NCBI GenBank assembly: GCA_051294375.1
Contig: CM119263.1
Span: forward strand, 3,311,232 to 3,375,231
Source: Paraspadella gotoi
Taxonomy: Eukaryota; Animalia; Chaetognatha
DNA: 64,000 nt
Reading direction: 5' to 3'
This document shows, piece by piece, positions 37,746 to 51,583 of the stretch (position 1 is its first letter; each line of letters starts with the position of its first letter). The notes beneath the pieces were generated by a model. That model had not been told where the DNA came from, searched no databases, and saw nothing but the letters and a program-made list of their open reading frames with translations. A program made the position numbers and the translations under genes.

Positions 37746-37800
37746 ATTGTCAAAAGCACTGATGAAGGCTTGAATGAAAGCCGAAACTTGTCTGTACAAT
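37746..37800 (+). ncRNA. Second minimal hammerhead ribozyme motif
   Basis: CTGATGA (37759-37765), A, GGCTT-gaatga-AAGCC, GAAAC-TT-GTC (to 37792), followed by AATAAA; helix I is weak (GCA/TGT plus ATTGT/ACAAT). Confidence 0.62.
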
Positions 37801-38560
37801 AAAAATAAAATCGTTGCTGTATCAAAACATTTGTCTTTAATTTCAAATAGGAATTTGGGTTAAAAACTTGGTTATGGGAAAAAAGGGACGCTTTTGCAAA
37901 AGTGACGCTTTTTGAAAAGATACTCGCAAAAGAAAAAAAAAGGGGAAAAAAAAAGAAAAGAAAATAAATAGACTTGAACATGATAACAATGAGAAACAGA
38001 CAATAGGGAAATACAGAGGGAGCGCAAGGGGACGACGACGATAACGGTGCTACAAGTGATTACAAAAAGTAAAATTAAGAAAGAAGTAAAAAGAAAAATA
38101 TTTAAAGAAAAGAAACTATGAAACAGGAAGAAAGAAAAAGAAGAGAAGAATAAAAGAAACAAAAAGAAAAGAAAGACTTTAAAAAAGAGAAGAAAAGAAA
38201 GAAAAAGAAAAGAAAAAGAAAAGAAAAAAGAAAAGAAAGGGAAATAAAGAGAAAAGGCAAAGGTATTGGCGACAGAGCGAGTCATCGAAACACGCGACAG
38301 AAACAGAACCGAAACAGATCCGAAACAGAATAAAGAAACAGGACGATGATGAGGCGAAGGAATTTTAAACGGCTGCACGAAATGCTTTTTCTCTTGCGTG
38401 GCACGCGAACGTGTCAATCGAGCGTAACACCTGTGTGTCATGTCAATACTAAACGAATCATTGCTGACTGACTGACTATTGAAAATGGAGAAGCCGTCAG
38501 GTTATTGGGGTTAACATCTGGTTTATTTAGATAGTGTAATCTGACTCTGTTGCACTCTAT

Positions 38561-38614
<54 letters not shown>

Positions 38615-39439
38615 TTTTCGTTTATTTTTCTCCTTTTTGATCATAGTTTTTTTTCCAATTAAAATACTTCAAAATTTACAAATACTTCTTATATTAACCT
38701 TTAATTTATGATCGACCGTTTTTGTCGAAAAGGTAGTGTACCAAACTTTTTTACGACAAGTAATTCGATCCTGCTAAATAAACCGTCGTCATGGAAACTA
38801 AATTGAAAAAACTTGAAAAACAATTTTACTTTGAAAAGGTTGTTGTTGTTGTTGTTATTGTTATTATTGTTGTTGTTGGATTTGTGGGAAAGAGAGGAAA
38901 GAAGGTGAGGTACTTAGGATGTTATTGATAAGGTAAGGATCGGAGTCGGTGAGTTTAACTGACAAAAGGGTAAGGAAAAAGAAAGAGGAACCGAGAGTGG
39001 GATTTCCTTGGGTCAAAGGTCGAACAATTGATGTCAAAAGAAAGAATTAAAAGAGAAGGAATTAGTATCAAACGCCGCGGGGAACAGCTGCCGATACGGT
39101 TGCTTGTTTTTGATAAAAATGTTTTTGGTTTTTTTTTTTTCAATCATAAAAATAAATTTCAACGATATTCAAGTAAAAAATCAAATTGATGTTAAAAATA
39201 GACATCCATATTTTTCTGCAATTACAAGCACCCTTACACTCCCATCCTTTCACCCTATCCCCTACCCTTTTCCCCACTTCTCCCATTCCCCAACGCCCCC
39301 ACTCTCCTCCCCCCTCATTTCATTCCTCCTTTTTTTTTCGATTCAATTTTGAAGAAAGAAAAAAGTTCGATTTTTCTCCTTCGTCGGTGAAGAGGGAAAA
39401 CCTGAGGACCTGAAAGGCTGGGTCCAAAGTAAACCGACC

Positions 39440-39471
<32 letters not shown>

Positions 39472-40388
39472 NNNNNNNNNNAGTCAAACAGACGCCAACG
39501 GCTCAAGTTCGAAGTCGATAAAAGTGACGAGGATGCAAATGAAAAACACGAAGAGGTTGACCGGAGAAAAATGGGGAAGCCCGAAAACGACGACGACGTA
39601 GACGACTATGACGACGATTATGACGACGACGACGACGATGACCGATACGAAAAACGAGACGACAATAACATTGGCGACGAACAACGATGAAGGAAAGTCG
39701 TAAAAAGCATATAGAGACTCTTCGCGTTTGTTAAACACTCGCTTCCATTTTTAACGTCTATAAACTTTTCGATGCGCATGCGCGATTTAAAATCTGCTTT
39801 ACTGTTCGCGGGGAGAACCTGAAAGACACAATGTCTGAGGAACGAGGTTACGGAACAAGTGAATAGAGACAGTTTCAACATGTCTAGTTGTCTAAATTAC
39901 TATAAATGTTTACAATTAAAAATGACCTTGAAATGAAATGGGGTGAAAGGATAAAATGAGATAAGGTTGTCGGTGATTTATTATGAAGTGTTTGCTTTAA
40001 TCCTAAACTAAAATGGGTTTCAGGAATCAGTCGTATAAAGTTATTACCAATGTTTGAACCTAAAACGATCCAGTTAACTTGTTATTTAACTTTCAGTATT
40101 TACAACCGGAATTAATGTACATTTCTATTTTTTTTAAAGTCTCCCTTTGGAACCGATAATTGTTTACGATGTTTTTTTTAATTTTCGTTTAGAAATGAAT
40201 CCCCATTTTCTTTTTTTTTCTTGCTCGTAACTAATAAAGTTCCTTCTTCTTACGAAAGCGTTGGCCCGTAACAATCCCAGTTAGTGTCCCACGTTACGAG
40301 TCTAGGTTTCAAGGAATAAAGAAGTAGCGAGACTATCGTGTCGCTGTTGTTTTCGGTCGTCGTCGTCATCCTCGTCGTCGTCGTCATC

Positions 40389-40423
<35 letters not shown>

Positions 40424-40848
40424 CTTCCTTGTTCAGCCCTTTCTCTTCCTCTTCCCGATTGTTGTCCTCGATATCGAAGAGGACGACGACGACGACGACG
40501 ACGACGACGAAGATGAAGCCACTCTTTCCTTCTCTTCTTTTGTTTACGAATTTTTTTTTTCTGACGCCAACCATCGAAATTCCGTCGTCTTAGTTGTTAT
40601 CATTGGCGTCGTCGACTTCGTCATTGTTTTTCCTCAAAAGACAATGGAACAGATAAACAATAACTCAAAACATTTGTTTTTTTCTTCGGATGTAAAATAT
40701 TACTTTAATCGAAAAATCAAATACGAACTTTAATCATCAATTTTTTTTTTGCGAAAAAGAAATTTATTCTGTTTATTTGTTTTTCTAAAAATTTTGTTGA
40801 CATAATAAAGGATTAAAAAAAGACTCTCTCTCTCGTCTGCTCTCTCTC

Positions 40849-40925
<77 letters not shown>

Positions 40926-42550
40926 ACTCTCTCTACCCCGGATGTGGATGATTTGATTTGCAGCCAAAAAAAAAAGAAATTTTCTCAGCCAATCGATTCA
41001 TTTTTTCGCGCTTTTTGGATCCTTTTTGATGTCTTCGTTTCGCTGCAGGAAATTTTGCAACATTGCATGTGGAAAAGGGTTCTTTTTTAAGTCGGTCGAT
41101 CGGTCGATCGGTCGGTCATTTATACCAAGTTACTGTCATCGCAGATGGAATCAGAACCAAGAATGGAATCGGATCCGCGACTCGGATGAAATCCGCTTAG
41201 GACTCTCTGATTGGATGAATCATCATCGAAATGGACCAATGAGAAGACGGGCTTTATGCCACCGGGAAACGAGCCCGTGTCGATGATCCGATTGTAGAGT
41301 ATAAATGTATTGAATCCATCTGTCTCAAATTCTGACATCGTCTTTGCTTGTGACTTTTCTGAAAAATAAAATCCACTATTCTCTTTTTTTTCGTGTCACT
41401 CTAATCGAATGATCACAAATATCAAGGATCCAATTTTGTGACAGTCATTGAATTCTTTGGGAAAATTAACCAACTCGTTATCATTTTTTCCCTTAATTTG
41501 TGGTTTTTTTTTTTCGTCGACGCTTCAATCTTTATTTTCTTATTTTTAAATTTTATAAACTCGCTGACTTTTTAAAAAAGTTCGTGTCCCAGGATTTGCA
41601 ACAGACCAACTTCCTTTTCTTTAAAGCGAAAGGCGTGATTCATTGTCCTTGTTATAGTCGTCGTCGTCGTTATCGTCGTCGTCGTCGTCTTCATCCTCGT
41701 AATTTTGGTGGAACAAAAAGGTTTTTGATGTTTCTCCCAAATCCTTTTGAAGCGAAACCATCGGTTCCATAATCGGTTCCATAATCGGTTCCATCTCCAG
41801 ATCCCGCGGTGAACAGACGATAATTGAAATCTCTCTCCGGGTTCAAAGACCTTACCTTCGTTGGGTAAGGCGTCGACGTAACTTACCTCGGGTCGCAGTC
41901 AAGAAACTCTCAAACCATCGTCATATATTTTGTGGAAACGTTTCCGAGTAAAAGCGTTCGAAGGGGGAAAAGGATGGGATTCATGATCATGTGGGTAAAA
42001 TGGAACCATGAGGTTGAATGACTTTCTCTTTTCTTGGCCAATTTTCCTTTTTTTTTGTTTGGGATCAGGAAGTTTTTAGCCCAAATTCTTGGGCACTTTC
42101 TTTTTTTGTTTGGGCTCATAAAGTTTTGAGAACAATTACGAGTTTTTCTTTTTTAAAATCTTTTGGCTTTCTTTGTCAAATCAGATTTCTTCTAATGACT
42201 ATCGCCGAGTAGTATTTGTCAAAAAGTCGTTTATATCGTGTATCGGATTTTCCATTTTACGTCTCCCAACTACGTTTAGGTTCTCATATTGGGCTTGGTT
42301 TGGGCTCTCATATTGGGCTTGGTTTAGGCTCTCATTTTCTAACTTGGGCTTTCGTGCTGCCTTCCCCATTCCATCGCGGTTTTCTAATTTTTTTAGGACT
42401 TAGAGACAAAATTTCTTTCCAGTCATAACCTCCAGGACCCCCGATGCTTTTTTTTCAACTTCCTTTCATTTTAAACCAATGCTGCTTTTAAGTTGCGGCC
42501 GCGAGTACTCGCGAAGGAACTCTAAAAGTCACTTTTCGGTCGGTCTGTCG

Positions 42551-42677
<127 letters not shown>

Positions 42678-43050
42678 CCTCTCTCTCTCTCTCCTCATCT
42701 TCAAGTTTTAACATGAAACAAAAAAAAAACTTTGATTAAAGTTCCTGTCTCGTTCTCTGCCGCCGCCGCCGCCGCCGCCGCCGCCGCCTCCCAATTCCCC
42801 GAGTCCCGGGAGGAATTGACGCAATCGACTTTGTCCCATCGATTTCGATGCAACGGCTTTTGTTTTTTTTTGTTTTGCTTTTGTGTTTTGTTGTTTTGTT
42901 TTGTTTTGTTCCCGATTCTTGTTTCTTTTTATGGTTTTTTCGAATCCCTATTTTTGAACGGTTTTTGTTCGGTTTCATCGTGGGATAATTTTACGATAAG
43001 AATTGTTTATTGCCTAAAGGTTGAAGCATAATATTCTCTCTCTTCTCTCT

Positions 43051-43144
<94 letters not shown>

Positions 43145-43914
43145 GAAGCCTTAAGAAAGTAAACAGAAAAATCTGTGATTTTGACTCAGATTTTCTCGCG
43201 CGACCCTGACCTGCATCTTCAATTCTTGATCCTTACTCAAACTTTAACGAATATTTGTTTCAATTAAAATAATAAAAAAATTAAGAAAATTCATTCATGT
43301 TTAACTTATAAGCTATTTTTTAAAAAATTAAAGAAGAACGTCCTATTCTTAGATATTTTAAGCAATTTACCGTATCCCGTTTTTAATCTCGACTCCATAT
43401 TGATATGTACTCATGAACTTATGACCTTATGAACCCAGCTGGTCCGTTCAGACTCATAAAATCCAAAATGACAGCATTTTTGTTTTATTTTTCTGACTCC
43501 AATCGTAGTATTTCTTTTCTCCTTTTCGTGTTGGAAGACGACGACGACGATGATGATGACGAAGACGACGACGACGACGACGACGACGATGAAATCTGCC
43601 TCGAAAATAACAACAACAACGACAACGAAAACGTCAGGGTTCCGAATGCATCTTCAAAAAATCTAAAAAAAGAAATAAAATTCCGACTCAATTCGATTGT
43701 AGTCGAATTATTAATCGTTAATCATATATTTCTTTTGTTTTTTTAATCTTGACAGAAAATCCCCGACGTTCAATCATAACCAAAAAATGACACTAATTAA
43801 CATATAGAGGATTATTGTCACTTTGTATTCATCGTGCGACCGACATAAACAATAAACAATAAACAAAAAACAATAAACAATCAAAAAACAAAAAACAAAA
43901 GACAAAAAACAAAA

Positions 43915-44385
43915 ATGAAAAATTTGTTTAAACTTCGAAAGTCTTCGTCTACGGCGGACGGTCTTTCCATTTCGGGTACGAAATCTTTTTTACATTTTCT
44001 GTTTGAACTTTTTTATGAATTGAATCCAAATAAATAGTGGTATCCATGTTTTCAATTGTAATATTAATTTTAATACTAATACAAACTTGATTACACTTCA
44101 GCGACGAAACACGGGACCAAAATACTCAGCGCTCTCGACAATGAAGACGACGAACGACTACATGAAATGCTGAAGAAATACGGAGGTTCGGCCGCCACAA
44201 CTATACTCAGGTGATATTGATAAATATCAAAATATACGAGAAAGAAAGAAAGAAAGAAAGAATGAATAAAATAATATAATAATTTCATATTTTCATTATC
44301 TAATAAAACAAATTCATAACAAATTAGAGAAAGATAAAACGAAATAAAGAAAGAAAGAAAAAATAAAGAAAGAACTAAAGAAATA

Positions 44386-44433
<48 letters not shown>

Positions 44434-47400
44434 GAGAAGTTTAACTTACCTTTCTCCTCTGTTCTCCCAGCGGTGGGTCGACCGCCTTCCACCAACTTTG
44501 CTCCAGAGGTCAAGGGAAATTCCTCGCTTCCTTCATTCAGAACAACGTCGACGTCAACGCTACTGATTGTCATGGTAGGTGACGAATTCGTGACGGATTG
44601 TCACGGTGGGTGACGAATGCGTGACGGATTGTCACCTTGTGAACGGACTACGGCATATACTGTCACGGCTGAAGTTAATTGTGTGTAACACTCTCACGCT
44701 AGAAGCGGAGATAGATGAAAACCAGAAGAGCAAATCAGAACAAAACAAAACAAATAAAATAACCCCCTAAAGAAACAAACCCCTCCACACTACATCGTCC
44801 TTCCTCATCCCACTCCACTTCTTCCTTACCCCATCCTCCAGGTCGAACGGGTCTCCACCTCGCAGCTGTCGGCGGACACCTCGAACTCGTCGAGTCGCTG
44901 CTCAGCTGCGGCGCCGACGCCGCCGCTGCTGACGTCGACGGCAGGACGCCCCTGCATCTCGTGGCGCAGGTAAGTCGATGGCGTGGCGCCACATCTTCTG
45001 TTGGCGCAAGACAGTAGAGGGCGGCGGAAGAGAGCTTGGCGAGAAAGATGGCGCCGTTAACAGAAAAAAGGGGGCGTGGCAATCAAGTCGGTCACGCGAT
45101 TCGTGTCAAATTTAATCGTCGCGACCCACATTTTCTTGGCGTCCATTTAACCGTTTCCTGTCATGGGGAACTCACCCCTTCTCTTACAAAATGACCCGCC
45201 TTTTTAGTTCGCTTAACCTCCCACGTCCCATTCCTTAGGACGACGCAAACAATTAAATTCAGTTATAACTATTTACTATTTTTTCAAATTACTCTTTATT
45301 GGAAATTAAATTACTATTCATTAACAATAAAATTTTTCCCTGGCATCGAATCCCATATATAACTTAACCACTAACCAGGAAATCCAATTTGATCCAATCT
45401 TTTTCAGAATCAAAACCCTATCTAATCAGACACAATCCAATCAGCCCCAATCCAATCAGACCCAATCTAATCAGACCCAATCCAATCAGACCCAATCTAA
45501 AAAGACCCAATCTAATCAGACCCAAACCGCCTTCCTCCTCCGAATTCTAGACGAACCACGAACGAACCCTCGCCATCGTCGTTATCTACAGTGGCGCCGC
45601 CGTCACCGCGGCCGACGACGAAGGAAAGACGCCGCTACATCTGGCGGCCGCCGCCGGAAATGTCGGCGCCAACCGGACGCTGATCGGCAAAGGGGCGCGG
45701 CTCAATGTACAGGTGGGGGATTGCCGGAGGGTGACTATAACGACGAAGAGGACAACGACATCAGTTCAGCGTTATTGCGCCCCATTTGAAGTTACTATAT
45801 CTAGACTGATCATTTGTTTTTGCACAAGCCTCTATTCAAACATAATTTGCATATAATCCCTATTTTTGAAAACGAGGATGAAGAGAATCATGTATAATTT
45901 ATTTCAATGTGATCACGTGACTACGCAAGTTTTAACCATATACCTCACTTGACAACTAATTATTGGCCTAGTATGAACTAAATTGACCAAAATGACAGGT
46001 TGCAAGCAAAATTATAGACCGACAGACCGACACAAAAGTTACTAACTTCAACGGTTGACGCTAAACAGCTTACTTTCCTCCGGGTCAGGACAACGAGGGT
46101 CGGACGCCCCTTATGGCGGCTGTGGCACAGAGCCGCGTCGACGTGGTGCGGCTGCTTGTGCAGCGGGGAGCATTGACCAATCAGAAAGACAATCTCGGCA
46201 GGACGGCGTTGGATCTCGCGAGGGGACTCAATCACAAGGAGATTAAGGTTGTTGAGGTTGGAGAATGGAGTGGGATGGAAAGAAAGGATTGGGGGGGGGA
46301 GTTAAGATTGGGATGCTAAAAGGTAAGTGACGAGGGGGACTCAACCAAGGATGCAAACATTGAATCATTTTCCTCCATGAAAATAAAAAAGGTTTGAACC
46401 GCAATATGCAAATTAGATTAAAGTGACGCTCCTTTTTACATCACCTCCAGTCGATCTTGGAATCGAGTCCCGCGATGGCCAACTGGAGTCTCGTCAACCA
46501 ACTCGACGACGACGATGATGTCGACGACGTCCGCGACGACGACGTCGACGATCTCTTCGCGGATTCGACGGCGAATCACATGGATCACATTTCCTGCTTC
46601 CTCGACGATTCTGTTTTTTCGGGTGAGTTAGTGAAGGCGAGGTTTTTTGGTGAGGTAGGAATCGAAACAGGGTTAAATAGTAACAAGAGAGATGGATACA
46701 TTTACTTTACAATTGTATGATAATAAGGAAGCCAAATACTTTGTGAAGTGAATAAACTAAAATGAGTTTATTAAAGCTTAAAAGGTCTTGCTTTGTTATT
46801 TTCTTGTCAGAGGGATTGAATGAAATGTTAATAAAATGTTAATAAGTTAACTTTTTTATGGAGTGAATGAATAATTATTTCATTAGTTGTACATATTTTT
46901 TCATTATATTCACACTCACGTTCCTCACCCTTCACCACCTTACCCTCCAAATACCAGATCCCGATCTGGTCAACGAACAGCAGCGGCTGCGGCAGCCCGA
47001 CGGAGCCGAAGCCTCAAATCTGGAGCCGCGCGGGTCCGTCCTCGGCAGCAGCAGCGGCTGCGGCGGCGGGGAAGCGTCGCGTCGACTCACCCTGGATCAT
47101 CTGAAGGAAGTGGAGGAGGAGAACGAGGTTCTCAACGAGGAAGTGGTGAAGATGGCGAGGAAGAATAAAGCGTTGACCGAGGAGGCTGAGAGGTAAGTCG
47201 GTCTGTTTATCTACATATTTAACTAATATTTATTCAAATTTATTCCCTTTTTTCACTCCTAACTCCTCTAGACTAAAAGAACGATTAGCCTCGCTGGAGC
47301 AGGCCGAGGGAAAATCCAGCCAAGAACTGGAGCAGCAGCATCGAGAGAGGAGCGAAGACCTGCAGGCAGAAGTGGAGCGGTTGACGAGAGAGTTGGAGTC

Positions 47401-47809
47401 GTCGAAGGAAGAGAAGGAGGATTTGGAAGGAGAAGTGGAGCTGTTGAAGATCAAAGGTCAAAGACGCCTGGAAAGCGACGACGACGCCGGATGGAACGAC
47501 GCCGAGGACGACGTTCTCGGCGATGACGACGCCGCTCTCAAAAACTCCCGCGCCGGCGCCGCCAAAAAAGCGCCGACGAGTCTCCGCGACGCCGTCCGCG
47601 CCGGAGAAGACGAGGACGAAGGACGAGGATCGAAGTCGGCGTCGCCGGCCGACGATCGGCACCGCGCCGATCTGGAACGGCGCTGTGAGGAAACCCGGCG
47701 CCGTAACGAGAAGCTGCTGATGGAGTCGGAGGCGCTGCGGGAGCGGCTGGAGGACGCGGAATATTTGTTGATGGAGAAACAGAGGGAGATGAGGAAGGAC
47801 AGGTGAGGT

Positions 47810-47889
<80 letters not shown>

Positions 47890-49480
47890 AATCTTTGCCT
47901 GCAGTTCCCATAATTACTGACCGACCTCAAACCATCACAACTGCTCCCCCTTATCAACAGAATCGTCATCCAACGCCTCGTCGATGATCGACGCCATTTT
48001 GAACGCGCGATCGATCAGACCATCGCCGACCGCGCCGCCGCGGAGGAGCAGCGTCAGGCTGCGGAGACGCGGGCAGCTGAGACTGCGGAGGAAGCGGCGG
48101 CGCTGAAGCGGCGTCTGGCGGAGATGGAAGGGGCGTGCCGCCTATCGGAGAAGAACGGCGAGCAGAATCGAAGCCTCGTCGAGGAGAACCGACGGTTGGG
48201 CGAGAGAATTAAAGATTTAGAGGAAGAGGAAGAAGAAAAGATTGGACCAGGGGATCTCCAGTTGCTGCAGGTGAATTTGAGACGTTTGCTGCAGAATTCA
48301 TTGTGGCGATGCAGATAATTTTTCGGAGAAGATAACGTGTTGCAAACAATTTTGTGGTCAATTTTCAGAAGATTTTAAAGGGGAAAAAGTTATTTGCTGC
48401 CGAAGTTTTATTATTTTGCTCAAGCTTGTTGGGCTTGCGTTTAAAGAAAGACTGTCGCATAATTTTCAACATTATCTCCGTCCCATTTTCCCCCTTTAGG
48501 AGCTACTGGAGAAGAAAGCCGCCGAGCTGGAGCACTCCGTCAAGACGACCTCGGATTTGAAGAGCAACTTGGCCGCGATGGAGAAGATCGTCCGCGAGAA
48601 GAATCGGGAGCTGCAGAGACAAGAGGATTCGAAGAAAAGACTCAAGGCGGAGTTGACGGAGAAGTTTGAGATCATCGAGCGGCAGGGGAAGGAGATTCGG
48701 ACGCTGCAGAGCGGCGGCAGCGGCGGCGGCGGCGGAGACGACGAAAGAGACGACATGATCGAACGACTCGTCTGCGAGAAAGAGGATCTGGAGCGGAGAC
48801 TCGAAGACGCTCACAGGAGCTTCGAGGAGCGATTGACGGCGGCCGAGGAAAAGCTCCACTCGGCGCGGGAGAAGATGGCGCTGGAGCGGAAGGAGGAAGA
48901 GGAGAGGAAGGAGGTGGAGCGGAAGAGGGCGGAGGAAAGGGAGGAAGAGGAGCGAAGGAAGAGGGAGAAGGTGGAGGAGGAAGGGAAGAAGTTGAGGAAA
49001 GAATTGGAGGAAGTGAAGGAGGAGCGGGAATCGTTGAAGGAGAGGATGGAGAGAGAGAGGGAGGAAAGGGAGGAAAAGAAAAGGGAGGAAGAGGAGAGAA
49101 GGAAAGAAGAGAAACAAAGGAAAACATCTGATTCTTCGTCGTCGTCTTCGTCACAAAAACAAACTCGACTCATGATGAACGACGACGACGATGATGACGA
49201 CGACGACGCCACGCACAGAGATTCTTCGACGCCGCGCGAACGGCGCCGCTCGTTGGCGTCGCTACGGCGTCAACTGTGGGAGCAGGAGGAGCGACATCGC
49301 GTCATCGTCGGCAACTACCGCGGTCACCTCTTGGCGGCGCTGCGGGGCGAGTGGGACCCGGATGTGAAGGCGGTGCTGGAGGACATCCTCAAGCAGCGCG
49401 CCGTCGCGGAGGCCAAGCAACATCCGGGGAGACCGGAGAATTTCGCCGACGACGACCCGGCTCACGTCATTCACATTTAA
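43915..49480 (+). CDS. Ankyrin-repeat and coiled-coil protein of the RAI14 (ankycorbin)/UACA/ANKRD24 family, ~983 aa
   Basis: Eleven in-phase exons: 43915-43975, 44102-44210, 44471-44574, 44842-44969, 45551-45712, 46089-46247, 46451-46622, 46958-47192, 47272-47802, 47961-48270, 48500-49480. Ankyrin motifs [41 protein letters not shown]; E/K/R-rich coil; family-type C-terminus [32 protein letters not shown]. Confidence 0.9.
45420..45526 (+). repeat. 15-bp tandem repeat (AATCAGACCCAATCY) before the acceptor at 45550
   Basis: About 7 copies read directly. Confidence 0.85.
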
Positions 49481-49560
49481 GGAGGGAGAGATTCACGATT
49501 CACTAAATGATCCCTCTATGGTCGACGTATTTTGTTTGAGGCGTTTATCCTTTTTCATTA

Positions 49561-49820
49561 TGCCCTTTTTTTCCTAAAACGACCCATTTCATCTTAAATT
49601 CGGAATTTAGTTCGTTTTTAGGTTAAAGAATCGAATAAAGATTAAGGCTTAGATTAACAATCAGGGTGAGGGATTACGGTTAGGGATAAGGATTCAAGGA
49701 TTATGTTGAGGGTAGGGATTAGGGTAAGGGATTGGGTTATAAGTTTGGTAATGGATTAAGGTTAAAACTTAGTTCTGGGATTAAGGAACAGAAATGCGGC
49801 GTTTTTGGGAAAAAGAGCGA
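49561..49820. mobile_element. MITE-like element with ~29-bp TIRs and a degenerate TTAGGG-like interior
   Basis: GCCCTTTTTTTCCTAAAACGACCCATTTC versus the reverse complement of GAAATGCGGCGTTTTTGGGAAAAAGAGCG; similar architecture at ~25145-25322. Confidence 0.55.
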
Positions 49821-50779
49821 TAATCATTCCAGTGAACTCGATCCTCGCATTTAGCCATTGAGGTTAATTCCCATCCTCTTCATCTTTGCCGATTTGCCTT
49901 TTGTTTTTAGACAATCTCTTTTCTCACAGATGGCGTTTTTTTTAAAAGAACAACTGTTGTTGGATGCAGTGAATTATCGGTTTATCGAGATCGTCTTTTT
50001 TTGAGATTAAAAGCGTCACATGTCATATCATTAAAATTATTTCATTGAACTTAAATTATTATTCCATCCTCAAACTTTCGCTTCGATCTCGTTAAATTGA
50101 TGTTTCACTGTAATATGTTTTTTTTTGCATTGATTATCTTTGAAGCGGTTCACGTCGTTACGAAACAATCTTCATTGAGAGAGGCTCTGGACCAAAGTAA
50201 TTATATATTTTTTATTCTAAAACATATTAAGTTATTCGAATTACGTTTAAACATAAAGTGCATTATTAGCGCCTGTAAATATCCGAGATTAATCATTCTC
50301 TTTGCTAGTCTTTTCTTTTGCTTCGTTGAGGGAACAATTTTTTTTACATTCGTTATAAATTTGTGATGACTTTATGTAACTTAACGTCATTCCAAGGTTT
50401 CTAACATGTAATTATAATAAACAAAAGAAATTATATTTTTCTTGCGTTTATTAATTAAATAGAAGAGATATTTGAAATATACTAGTTCTAGTTAGATATC
50501 TGTAATCAAAGGAATAGTCGTAATCAAGGAAGAATTTTAAATTGAGTTATATTTCAGTAATTAATAGCTCGCCACTATTTTTCATCCAAAACGTTTTGTT
50601 GCTTGTTTAAGATCGCAGCTATCTTGTNNNNNNNNNNTTTTATTGCTTGTTTAATAGAGTTATGTGAAAATGATAAAATTTTAGAAAATTAAAATTTAGC
50701 ATATAAAACGTGAAAATAAAAACCATTAAAAATACTTTAGTAAATTTATTTTTTAATTTCATACATTAGTGGGCACCAG

Positions 50780-51160
50780 TGAGCTACCTTTATATATAGT
50801 AATAAGTATATAATGGCTAAAATTTCAAAATACAAATTTTTAAATTTTAAGATTGGATTTGGATTCCTTGCAAAAAGTTAATATATGAAAGTATAATTCG
50901 TTTTTAAAAATTCTTTCATTAAGTTGGTCAAAAATCTAAAAAACTATATTTAAGATGCCGATTTTTAATTTCGAGCTTAAAAATATATTTTTTTATAAGT
51001 TTAACCTACTTAATGACATAATTTTTGAAAAAGATTTATATTTTCTTTTAACAACTTTTAATAAGGAATCTGAATCTGTTCTCAGAATTAAAAAAAATAT
51101 TTTGAAATTTTGACATTATATAAGAGTAGTACTATATACAAAATAAGCTGACTGGGCTAC
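50780..51160. mobile_element. AT-rich foldback (palindromic) element, same family as the interior of 51728-52373
   Basis: Long imperfect inverted arms (GATTTGGATTCCTTG..AAAGTT / AACTTT..AAGGAATCTGAATC) sharing sequence with 51900-52240. Confidence 0.65.
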
Positions 51161-51404
51161 TATATTAACAAAAAAAGAAGAATAATTATAGATTAGTATT
51201 CAAGATATAACTGCTAAATTTTCATTCCAAACTTTCACTTCACCCTATTGTTTAATATCGCAGCTATCTTGTAAGTGCTGCTTCTCTATCGTCTAAGTCA
51301 GGAAAACTAGAATTCGTGTTCACTTTTTTAATTCGTTCGTTGTGAGTGGAGATTCGGAACGCTTATTGTTACGAGAAATATTTTGCATTTTGCTTCTTGA
51401 ATAG

Positions 51405-51469
51405 TAGAGTGGAGGACTCTAGAACATAATAAATGTTCAATTCGCTCAATCTTTTCATCACTCCACCTA
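51405..51469. mobile_element. 65-bp hAT-like mini-element
   Basis: 8-bp duplication TTGAATAG (51397-51404, 51470-51477); the right end, reverse-complemented (TAGGTGGAGTGATGAAAAGATT), matches the left end of 8648-9255. Confidence 0.7.
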
Positions 51470-51583
51470 TTGAATAGTGTTGCGCTACTAAAGTGTCAAC
51501 CGAAGAAGATTTTCACCATTCTAACGTTTTACATTTACACAACGGAATAATATAAAGCTATCGTATTATTTATTTATTTATTA

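Noticed and set aside
27721-37791. Obligate heterodimer of the two hammerheads: their helix III hexamers ACAAGT and ACTTGT are exact reverse complements
   Set aside because: A double hammerhead also needs cross-paired helix I, and the flanks of the two copies pair poorly with each other. Both hexamers are one substitution from a palindrome (ACATGT or ACTAGT), so chance is plausible.
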